Part shown: one piece after another, positions 37,973 to 46,060 of the stretch | Numbering within the stretch: the first letter of the stretch is position 1 | Layout: every line of letters begins with the position of its first letter | Notes under the pieces: generated by a model | The model's input: the letters and a program-made list of their open reading frames with translations, nothing else | Databases searched by the model: none | What the model was told of the DNA's origin: nothing | Assembly: GCA_903842065.1 (NCBI GenBank) | Contig: CAIMKZ010000076.1 | Span: forward strand, 30,378-94,377 | DNA length: 64,000 nucleotides | Direction of reading: 5' to 3' | DNA from: an uncultured Acidobacteriaceae bacterium | GTDB lineage: Bacteria; Acidobacteriota; Terriglobia; Terriglobales; Acidobacteriaceae | Made by a program: the position numbers and the translations under genes

Positions 37973-38719
37973 ATGAGCAGATTGCGGATTGCCGGAGTGA
38001 TCCCTGCGCGGCTCCATTCGACGCGGTTGGCGCGCAAGGTTCTGCGCGAGATCGCGGGCAGGCCGATGGTGGAATGGGTTTGGCGCGCGGCGCAGTCGAG
38101 CGGAAGGATGGACTCGGTTCTGGTGGCGACCGACGCCGAGGAAGTGGCCGCGGTTTGCCGCGCTCGCGGGATTCCGGTAGTGATGACTTCTCCGGATTGC
38201 GCCAGCGGATCGGATCGGGTGAGAGAAGTAGCTCGCCAGGTCGAGGCCGATATCTACGTCAACGTCCAGGGCGACGAGCCGACGCTGACTGCGGAGTTCT
38301 TTACGCCGCTGCTGGACTTGTTCGAGCGGCCTGAAGTTGATGTTGCGACGCTGGCGGTGAAGTGCGCGCCGGAAGATGTCGCTAATCCGAACGCGGTGAA
38401 GCTGGTGACTGCGATGGATGGACGCGCGCTCTACTTCTCGCGGGCGACGATTCCGTTCGACCGCGATGGATCGGGGTTCGCGGGCTACAAGAAGCATCTC
38501 GGCATCTACGCGTACCGGAAGGCGGCGCTGGAACGGTTTGCGGCGCTTGAGCCTTCGCCGCTTGAGCGGCTGGAGAAGCTGGAGCAGTTGCGGATGCTTG
38601 AGAACGGCATCGCGATCTACGTTGCCGATGCGCCGCGAGACACGATCGGAGTCGATACGGAAGAGGATCTGAAGCGGGCTGAAGAGGCGATGAATCAGCT
38701 TCTAGCTGCCAGCTCCTAG
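37973..38719 (+). CDS. kdsB: 3-deoxy-manno-octulosonate cytidylyltransferase
   Basis: IPARLHSTRL, SGSDRV, VNVQGDEP, ALYFSRATIP, HLGIYAY, LEKLEQLR. Confidence 0.96.
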   Translation: MSRLRIAGVIPARLHSTRLARKVLREIAGRPMVEWVWRAAQSSGRMDSVLVATDAEEVAAVCRARGIPVVMTSPDCASGSDRVREVARQVEADIYVNVQGDEPTLTAEFFTPLLDLFERPEVDVATLAVKCAPEDVANPNAVKLVTAMDGRALYFSRATIPFDRDGSGFAGYKKHLGIYAYRKAALERFAALEPSPLERLEKLEQLRMLENGIAIYVADAPRDTIGVDTEEDLKRAEEAMNQLLAASS

Positions 38720-38730
38720 CTTCCAGCTTG
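38696..38730 (+). repeat. Heptameric AGCT-type repeat supplying kdsB stop
   Basis: cagcttc tagctgc cagctcc tagcttc cagcttg. Confidence 0.85.
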
Positions 38731-38830
38731 GTTGTGCGCTTGCCGGCGGAATGTGCTGTGATCGGGATTCCGAATTGGGCGCAAGATCCGGAGTGCGCGA
38801 TTGGGACGTTTGCGCGACGATGAGATTGCC

Positions 38831-39889
38831 ATGATGAAGCGGACGAATCCACCCATTGACTCAGAGATTGCATGGAAACAGGTTGCGGCGCGCGACGGTT
38901 CGGCGCGGTTCTTCTACGGCGTAACGACGACCGGAGTTTTCTGCCGGCCGAGTTGCGCGAGCCGCAGACCGTTGCGGGCGAACGTGCGGTTCTTCGCGAC
39001 TGTAGATGAGGCGAAGGCTGCGGGATTTCGGCCTTGTCTGCGTTGCCGGCCGATTGCATCGAGCAGTCCTTTGAAGCTGGTTCGTGAGCACATCGAGCGG
39101 AATTACGAGCGCGCGATTCCGCTTGCCGAGCTTGGACGAATCGCCGGTTTAAGCCCTTTTACTGTGCAGCGACTCTTCAAGCAGACGATGGGAGCCAGTC
39201 CGCTTGAGTACCAGAGATCGCTTCGCGCGGGTGCGCTTCGAGCTTCTCTTAAAAGGAAGGTTTCCGTGACAGATGCTTTTTATGAAGCCGGGTTCGGCTC
39301 TTCAAGCCGTGGGTATGATGGTGCGGCGCTGGGAATGACACCGGCTCGTTTCGCTCAGGGTGGGAAGGGCGAGAGGATTTTCTTTTGGGCGGCGGCTTCA
39401 CCGTTTGGCTGGGTGATTGTTGGAGCGACCGAGCGCGGGCTGTGCTGGCTGGCGCTGGGCGGTACCAAGGCCGAGGCCGAGGCCAGTCTGCGGGAGGAGT
39501 TTCCGGCGGCGGAGTTGAAGCGCGATCCGGGGCTGGCTGGGTGGATTGAGGCGGCGGTGGAGGCTGTTCAGAAGGGCACTTCCCACAACCAAGACCAAGA
39601 CGGGACGAAGTTCCTCGACCTGCGGGGGACGGTGTTTCAACTGAGGGTGTGGCAGGCTCTCAGGCAGATTCCGCGGGGTGAGACTCGGACCTACTCCGAG
39701 TTGGCGCGGGAGATGGGCGAGCCAAAGGCGACGCGGGCGGTGGCTCGGGCCTGCGCGATGAACCGGGTCTCGGTTCTGGTGCCGTGCCACCGGGTGGTGG
39801 GCAAGGACGGGTCGCTGACCGGGTACCGGTGGGGAGTGGAGCGGAAACGGCGGCTGCTGGAAGCGGAGAAAGCAGCTTCCAGCTATTAG
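38831..39889 (+). CDS. ada: Bifunctional Ada regulator / O6-methylguanine-DNA methyltransferase
   Basis: GVFCRPSC...FRPCLRC Zn motif, AraC HTH, FQLRVWQAL, PCHRV active site. Confidence 0.95.
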   Translation: MMKRTNPPIDSEIAWKQVAARDGSARFFYGVTTTGVFCRPSCASRRPLRANVRFFATVDEAKAAGFRPCLRCRPIASSSPLKLVREHIERNYERAIPLAELGRIAGLSPFTVQRLFKQTMGASPLEYQRSLRAGALRASLKRKVSVTDAFYEAGFGSSSRGYDGAALGMTPARFAQGGKGERIFFWAAASPFGWVIVGATERGLCWLALGGTKAEAEASLREEFPAAELKRDPGLAGWIEAAVEAVQKGTSHNQDQDGTKFLDLRGTVFQLRVWQALRQIPRGETRTYSELAREMGEPKATRAVARACAMNRVSVLVPCHRVVGKDGSLTGYRWGVERKRRLLEAEKAASSY

Positions 39890-39900
39890 CTTTTAGCTTC
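39873..39900 (+). repeat. Heptameric AGCT-type repeat supplying ada stop
   Basis: cagcttc cagctat tagcttt tagcttc. Confidence 0.85.
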
Positions 39901-39985
39901 TGCCGTGGCGGGTTGGGGGTGTGGCCGGGCCGTATCTCCGTGCCGCTGCCTGCCCCCCTCCTGTATCACCCCCCCTCATTTTTAA

Positions 39986-40083
39986 GCAAGTAAGCCTGAA
40001 TCAACGGTTTACAGGGCGGGTATCGTTGTAACCCCAAGAAACCAAATAGTTTGTTTGCAAGTAAGCCTAGATCAATAACTTAC
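39986..40083 (+). repeat. Direct repeats GCAAGTAAGCCT-N-ATCAA-N4-TTAC containing IHF-consensus sites
   Basis: 39986-40012 and 40057-40083, 71 bp apart, with a degenerate copy between; AATCAACGGTTTA and GATCAATAACTTA fit (W)ATCAA-N4-TTR. Confidence 0.65.
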
Positions 40084-40363
40084 GGACGCCCCAGCACCGT
40101 GAGGTGATGGTCTGCCTGATTCTGATTGTGCACAGAATGGAATAATAATCGGCAATTTTGGGAAGGGATATTTTTGGGCGGAGAGAAGGTGGGTTGGGCC
40201 GGTTGAGAGGGAAAGTGCATCCATGGTCCATGGATTGTTCGAGGTGGGTGGAGAGTGGATGGTTGAGAGTCGGTCTCTCCGGCGGGGGGAGTTGATTTTG
40301 CGGAGTTGATGCCAAGGATAAATCCCTGGCCTACCCGCAGTGCCCTTTCGAGGCGGTATGGAC

Positions 40364-40527
40364 GCCGTCCCTCCGGGACTCACAATTTCAACTTGCCTCA
40401 TACCCCTCGCTGAAGCGCGGGGCTAACTAGCGTTGCGCCTACGGCGCGGGGCGGGGTGGTTGTTTTCGGGGCTGAAGCCCCTTTTTCCTTTTGGGCTCGG
40501 ATTCAGGGGCCTGAAGGCCCCTGCTCC
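40364..40527. repeat. Composite cluster of REP-like palindromes
   Basis: GCCGTCCCTCCGGGAC; CCCCTCGC-TGAA-GCGCGGGG; GCGCC-TAC-GGCGC; GGGGC-TGAA-GCCCC; GGGGCC-TGAA-GGCCCC. Confidence 0.7.
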
Positions 40528-40550
40528 TTCCGATTTCTACGGGTTGAGGG

Positions 40551-41888
40551 TCAGAAGCGGCCGGGTTTGGTGATCCATTTGTCGGCGAAGTCGAAGGCGC
40601 GTTTGAAGGGGTCGCCGTACTCGGCGCCGCAGGCGGAGAAGAAGTGGGTTGCGCCTTCGACGCCCACGTACTCCTTGTCTTTGGCGGGCGAGTTGTCGTA
40701 GGAGATCTCAAGCACTACAAGGTGGATGGAGCAGGTTCCTGCGAGGATGAGCGTGGGGACGTGGATTCCCTGAATGCTGCCCGGGACGCTGTTGGGGGTG
40801 CTGCGCCAGACGACGCCGAGCATGTTGTCGGGGGTGATGCGGTAGTCGGGCGTGACGCGCAGGGCCTGCGTGGAAAGATAGTGGCGGACGGTGACTTCGT
40901 AGGTGGTGCGGAAGAGCATGTCTTCGGCGTCGGGCGAGGGCTTTTCCACGGTGATGCGGGGGATGATCTGGACCGGTTCTGTGCCGTCGGCCTTGAGCAG
41001 CGGGTGTGGGTTGTGGGTTTTGGCGAGGAGGCGGACATCGGCCAGTTCGGCGCGCGCGCCGTTGATGGTGAGCGCTCCGCCGGCGACGATGAAGGGCTCG
41101 TCGTCCTTGTAGTCGCCCTGGCCCTTGTTTATGAACTCAAGACGGCGGAGGGCCTCATCGATGATGCGGTTGGCCTTGGCGACCTTGGCGGCGAAGAACT
41201 TTTTGAGGAAGTCGTCGCTGTAGGTGGCGCGCAGGGTGGTGGGGTCGAATCCGTTTTTGGGGCTGAACATGTCGAGGTCGGGGTCAACCTGGCGGGGGTG
41301 GAACTCGTCGATGGCGGGGTTGAGTCCGGCGGTGCGGTCGGGGGTGCCGGTGTTGGCGTCGAAAAGTATGAGGCCGTCAGCTTTGGGCAGGTTGTCGAGT
41401 CCCTTACCGTCGCATTTGTAGACGCGATCGGCACCCTGGCAGGCTGCGGGTCCGTTCTCGGCTACGTCCTGATAGGCGGTGAGCTGGGCTCCGCCGGTGG
41501 AGTGGCCGACGAGGATGACCTTCTCAACGCCGGGGATGGCGCGCAGAGCCTTGATGGCCGCGGCGACGGGCGCGATGAGGTCGTAGTAGGAGGTCTCCGG
41601 CATGTAGTCGTTCAGCATCATGGCGCGATAGCCGTACTTGGCAAGCGCGTGGCCGGTGAAGTAGTTGAAGTTGTTGATGCGCTCGGGATGGGTGACGAGG
41701 ACGGCAATGCGGCTGCGGACGGGGTCGGGCGTGACCGGCTCGACGAGGATGGCATTTGCGTTGTTGGCCAGAGGGATGAAGGTGGTTTTGGTGGGCTGTC
41801 CGGTGAGTAGAGTGGGCGAGTACTGGGCGGCCGCGGGAATGCTAGCGGCGAGGATGGCGAGGACCAGGATGGCGAGGATGTTCTTCAC
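40551..41888 (-). CDS. Secreted alpha/beta-fold hydrolase
   Basis: Signal peptide from GTG 41888; nucleophile elbow LVGHSTGG; VPTLILAG...VEGATHFF. Confidence 0.8.
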   Translation of the reverse strand: MKNILAILVLAILAASIPAAAQYSPTLLTGQPTKTTFIPLANNANAILVEPVTPDPVRSRIAVLVTHPERINNFNYFTGHALAKYGYRAMMLNDYMPETSYYDLIAPVAAAIKALRAIPGVEKVILVGHSTGGAQLTAYQDVAENGPAACQGADRVYKCDGKGLDNLPKADGLILFDANTGTPDRTAGLNPAIDEFHPRQVDPDLDMFSPKNGFDPTTLRATYSDDFLKKFFAAKVAKANRIIDEALRRLEFINKGQGDYKDDEPFIVAGGALTINGARAELADVRLLAKTHNPHPLLKADGTEPVQIIPRITVEKPSPDAEDMLFRTTYEVTVRHYLSTQALRVTPDYRITPDNMLGVVWRSTPNSVPGSIQGIHVPTLILAGTCSIHLVVLEISYDNSPAKDKEYVGVEGATHFFSACGAEYGDPFKRAFDFADKWITKPGRF

Positions 41889-42010
41889 GGTGCGCTCCTT
41901 GGGTGGAGTTTGAGAGCAGCACCATATTACGGCGATCTGGAGCTGAGCGCGGGACAAAGTGGGAACAAATAGCGGGGACGGAGAAGTAGAGCGTAGAACA
42001 ACAGGAAGGG

Positions 42011-42053
42011 TTGCAGCGGCGAGGGGAAGGGTGTATTTTACTAACCAGTTAGT
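42011..42053 (+). promoter_or_regulatory. sigma70-like promoter overlapped by a TetR-type palindromic operator
   Basis: TTGCAG-N17-TATTTT followed immediately by ACTAAC-CA-GTTAGT (42040-42053). Confidence 0.55.
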
Positions 42054-42394
42054 TAAATAAGAATTCGCGATGTCTCAGGGGTTGGGAGTTGGGTGCTGGC
42101 AGGCGCGGGGCGGTGAGTTTTCGCGGCAAATTTGGCCCCTGTTTCGTGTGAATTTCAGTCGAAAGTGGTAGGGTGGACATGGGATTTTAGGATGGATATG
42201 AGTGGTCTATAGGGAACGAAATCCGGTTTTGCACCGTATTTGATATAGAGCATTTTTGTGTTTGGCAGAGAAAACAGGACAGTAGCCTGAAGGTAAGAAC
42301 CTGTACGGCAAAGTCATTGACTAGAGCAAGATAGGGGCCGAAGGGCCTGAGCTTGCTGGTTCGGCGTTGATAAGACGAGAAGCAGTGGCAGCAA

Positions 42395-44452
42395 ATGTGC
42401 GGAAGGGGTGGAAGAGTGAGAAGCGATAAACGGCGGTCGGAGAATGGCAAGTTGCGGAGTGTGGCGGCGGTATTGCTGATGCTGGTATCGACGATGCCTT
42501 CGGGCTTTGCGCAGCAGGCAGCGAGCGGAGCGGGATCGAATGGGCCGGACAGAGCGGCCTCGTCACTGCCCGCGGCACCGGCTCCCGCACTGACTCCGGC
42601 GCTGAAGACGTCGTTGAGGGACTACTCGAAGGCCTATGCGAACTACAAGGGTCTGCCGTTCCGGGTCTGGATGCCGACGACGATGGCTCCGGCGAGCTTT
42701 ACGAACTCAGTTCGTCTTGCGGACATGGTGAAGGACGGCAAGATCTACCTGAGCCTTTCTGACGCGATTGCACTGGCGATCGAGAACAACTACGACATCG
42801 CGATTGCTCGCTACAACCTGGACATTGCGGACACGGACATTCTGCGTACGCGGACGGGTGCGGCTCCGATGGGCGCGCCTTCAGGCCTGGTGACGGGCAC
42901 GCTGGGCGGCTCGACATCGACGCTGAGCACGGGCGGCGGTCCTGGCGGCACGACGGTCGGCGCGGGCGGCGCGGGCTCGGGCGTGAGCGGATTGACGCTG
43001 ACGACTTCTGGCGCGGGACCGGCACCGGCGGCACTCGATCCGACGCTGACGGCGGCGATCCAGTTTGACCGCAACAAGCAGCCGGCGATGAGCTTCTTTC
43101 AGAACGGCACCAGCACGACGAACACCTACAACTTTACTTTCGCGCAGGGACTTGTGACCGGCACCAACGTACAGGTTGCAATGAACAATACCTACGCGGC
43201 GACATCGAACGCGATTCAGCAGTACAGCCCGCTGCTTTCTTCGACGTTCAAGGCGACGGTTACACAGCATCTGCTTGCCGGGGCGGGGATCTGGGTGAAC
43301 AAGCGGTTCATGTACCAGGCGCTGAACGACCGGCGGATCACGGATGCGTCGTTCCGGCAGCAGCTTTTGTACACGGTGAACCAGGTGGAGTCGATCTACT
43401 GGGGGCTGGTGCAGGCCTACGAGAGCGTAGAGGCGAAACAGCGCGCCCTGGATCAGAGCTCGAAGCTGCTTGAGGACAACAAGAAGCAGTTGGAGATCGG
43501 TTCGATGGCGCCGCTGGATGTGGTGAACGCGCAGTCGACGGTGGCGACCGACAAGCAGGGATTGATCAGCGCGCAGAATGCGCTGAACTATCAGCAGCAG
43601 ATTATCAAGCAGGCGATTGCGAGAAACCTGAACGACGCGACGCTGACTTCCGCGCCGGTGATACCGACGGATCGTGTGAGCCTTGAGGCTATCTCAGAGG
43701 AGAGCCAGCCGGTTGAGGCGCTGGTGCAGGAGGCGTTCCAGCAGCGTCCGGAGCTTGAGCAGGCGGTGATGACGCTGCGCAACGACGAGATTTCGCTGAA
43801 GGGCGCGCGGAACGGACTTCTTCCGACGTTCGATGTGTACGGGTACTGGATGGGCCAGGGCGTGGGCGGCTCGGTGAACAAGAACCTGAACTGCTCTTTC
43901 TATGGCGGCACCTGCCCGACGCTTCCGAGCACAGGCTACGGAACAACGCTGGATCACACGTTCAACAACTCCGCTCCGGACCGGGGCATGGGGTTCAATC
44001 TGAGCATTCCGATCCGCAACCGGACGGCGCAGGCTGTTCATGAGCGGTCGCTGATGGAGTACCGTCAGGCGGAGCTGAGGCTTGAGCAACTGTATACGCA
44101 GATCCGGATGCAGGTGGTGAATGCGACCTTTGCGCTGACCAACGATCGCGCGGCTGTGGAAGCGTCGCAGGCGGCGCGAGACTACAACCAGCAGAGTCTG
44201 GATGCGGAGTTGAAGAAGCTGGAGCTTGGCGCTTCAACGACGGCGAACGTATTGCAGCAGCAGCGTGCGCTGGCGGCGGCGGAGTCGAATCTGATTGCGG
44301 CTCATGCGGCGTATGCGAAGGATCGGGCGGGGTTGTATCAGATTCTGGCTTCGACCTTACAGCACTACGGGATCAATATGCAGGATGCGGCCAAGGGTGT
44401 GGTGAGTGAGCAGCCTACGGTGCAGGTGGTAAAGGCGGCCGGGACGAAGTAA
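42395..44452 (+). CDS. TolC-family outer membrane efflux protein (start uncertain)
   Basis: LSLSDAIALAIENNYDIA, IYWGLV, QLEIGSMAPLDVV, PTFDV, LSIPIRNR, KLELGAST. Confidence 0.9.
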   Translation: MCGRGGRVRSDKRRSENGKLRSVAAVLLMLVSTMPSGFAQQAASGAGSNGPDRAASSLPAAPAPALTPALKTSLRDYSKAYANYKGLPFRVWMPTTMAPASFTNSVRLADMVKDGKIYLSLSDAIALAIENNYDIAIARYNLDIADTDILRTRTGAAPMGAPSGLVTGTLGGSTSTLSTGGGPGGTTVGAGGAGSGVSGLTLTTSGAGPAPAALDPTLTAAIQFDRNKQPAMSFFQNGTSTTNTYNFTFAQGLVTGTNVQVAMNNTYAATSNAIQQYSPLLSSTFKATVTQHLLAGAGIWVNKRFMYQALNDRRITDASFRQQLLYTVNQVESIYWGLVQAYESVEAKQRALDQSSKLLEDNKKQLEIGSMAPLDVVNAQSTVATDKQGLISAQNALNYQQQIIKQAIARNLNDATLTSAPVIPTDRVSLEAISEESQPVEALVQEAFQQRPELEQAVMTLRNDEISLKGARNGLLPTFDVYGYWMGQGVGGSVNKNLNCSFYGGTCPTLPSTGYGTTLDHTFNNSAPDRGMGFNLSIPIRNRTAQAVHERSLMEYRQAELRLEQLYTQIRMQVVNATFALTNDRAAVEASQAARDYNQQSLDAELKKLELGASTTANVLQQQRALAAAESNLIAAHAAYAKDRAGLYQILASTLQHYGINMQDAAKGVVSEQPTVQVVKAAGTK

Positions 44453-44473
44453 TCCGGCTGATTGAGTGGATGC

Positions 44474-44503
44474 AAAAAGGCCCGGCGATTGCCGGGCCTT
44501 TTT
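44474..44503. terminator. Bidirectional intrinsic terminator
   Basis: AAAAA-GGCCCGGC-GATT-GCCGGGCC-TTTTT between convergent tolC and aroA. Confidence 0.92.
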
Positions 44504-44522
44504 GTTGTTGAGTGAATGAAGA

Positions 44523-45824
44523 TTACCGCTCGGCGATGTTGTTGAAGATGTCGAAGAACTCGGGGAAGCTGATGGCGGCGGATTCCGCGCCCTGGATGAT
44601 GGTGTCGCCGGTGGCGCGCAGGGCGGCCACGGAGAAGGCCATGGCGATGCGGTGGTCGCCGCCGGAGTCGATGGTTGCGCCGTGGAGTTGCTGGCCGCCG
44701 GGAACGTCGAGTCCGTCTTCGAACTCGATGACCTCCGCTCCCATGGCGCGGAGGTTCTGGGCGACGAGGGCGATGCGGTCGGACTCTTTGACGCGGAGTT
44801 CTTTGGCGTCGCGGATGCGGATTCCGCCTGAAGTGTAGGGGCCGATGGCGGCTAAGGCGGGCAGCTCGTCGATGAGCTGGGCGGAGAGCGCGCCGGTGAT
44901 AGCGGTGGTGCCGAGGCCCTCGGCGGGGCCTGAGATCTGGATGGTTCCGACGAGTTCGGAGTGCTTCTCTTCGAGGTTGAGGACGCTGATCTTTGCGCCG
45001 AGAGCGGTGAGTACGTCGAGCAGAGAGGCGCGGGTGGGGTTGAGGCCTACGGCGTCGAGGACGAGGTTTGAACCGGGAAAGATGGAGGCGGCGCAGAGGA
45101 AGAATGCGGCCGAGGAGAGATCGCCGGGGACGGCGGCCTCGATGGCGTGCAACTGCTGCGGGCCGGAGATGGAGATGGAGTCGGAGGTGCGGGCGAGTGT
45201 AGCACCAAAGGCGCGCAGGGCGAGTTCACTGTGATCTCGTGTCCGGACGGCTTCGCGGACGGTGGTTGCGCCGGAGGTCTGGAGTCCGGCGAGCAGGACG
45301 CAGGTCTTGACCTGGGCGCTGGGGACGGGCGTAGTGAAGTCGATGGCCTTGAGTGGGCCGCCGACGATGGTGAGGGGGGCGTGGCCTTCGGTGAGCGTGA
45401 GGTTTGCGCCCATCAACTCAAGCGGAGTCTTGATGCGGCCCATGGGTCGGCGGGAGAGGGAGTCGTCGCCGATGAGGGTGAAGGTGCCCTGCTGCGCGGC
45501 GAGGAGGCCGGACATCATGCGCATGGTGGAGCCGGAGTTGCCGCAGTCCAGGGGGTTGGCCGAGGGCGTGACGCGGCCTGCGACGCCGGTGATCTCAATG
45601 GCTCCGCCGCCGATGCGGTTGACGCGAGCGCCGAGGGCTTCCATGCAGCCGAGGGTAGAGGCGCAGTCTGCTCCGGTGGAGAAGTTGGTGAATCGCGACG
45701 TTCCCTGAGCAAAAGCCCCGAGCATAGCGTAGCGGTGGGAGATGGACTTGTCGCCGGGGAGGGCGAGGGAGCCGGAGATGTTGCGGGCCGGCCGGATGAG
45801 GCGTTGCTGGGCTGCTGTGGACAA
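44523..45824 (-). CDS. aroA: 3-phosphoshikimate 1-carboxyvinyltransferase (class II)
   Basis: LPGDKSISHR, CGNSGSTMR, SAQVK, RDHSE, GDLSSAAF, LRVKESDRI, DHRIAM. Confidence 0.97.
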   Translation of the reverse strand: MSTAAQQRLIRPARNISGSLALPGDKSISHRYAMLGAFAQGTSRFTNFSTGADCASTLGCMEALGARVNRIGGGAIEITGVAGRVTPSANPLDCGNSGSTMRMMSGLLAAQQGTFTLIGDDSLSRRPMGRIKTPLELMGANLTLTEGHAPLTIVGGPLKAIDFTTPVPSAQVKTCVLLAGLQTSGATTVREAVRTRDHSELALRAFGATLARTSDSISISGPQQLHAIEAAVPGDLSSAAFFLCAASIFPGSNLVLDAVGLNPTRASLLDVLTALGAKISVLNLEEKHSELVGTIQISGPAEGLGTTAITGALSAQLIDELPALAAIGPYTSGGIRIRDAKELRVKESDRIALVAQNLRAMGAEVIEFEDGLDVPGGQQLHGATIDSGGDHRIAMAFSVAALRATGDTIIQGAESAAISFPEFFDIFNNIAER

Positions 45825-45912
45825 AGGGGCTCCGTGGGAGTTGTTGTGACTTTCAGTTTATCGGATGGGGGCAGATGGTTTGCTGGGCTGTGGCGGGTCG
45901 AGGGTTCGTGAT

Positions 45913-45947
45913 TCCCAGGTCTCAAAATCGAGACCTGGGGCACCCAG
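45913..45947 (+). repeat. REP-like palindrome family A, copy 3
   Basis: TCCCAGGTCTC-AAAATC-GAGACCTGGG-GCACCCAG. Confidence 0.9.
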
Positions 45948-46060
45948 TTTTGTAGGTGGTGAGTGTGGCTGGTTTGGGGGTGGGAGTTCCACACCGGCAG
46001 CGGGGAGGGTAGACGATACAATCGCAGGCAGACGGTTTGTGCGTTCAGGAGTGAAGAGCG

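Noticed and set aside
45825-46060. SRP RNA (ffs), often found before dnaX
   Set aside because: No SRP domain IV motif seen; the gap holds a family A repeat and promoter-like sequence.
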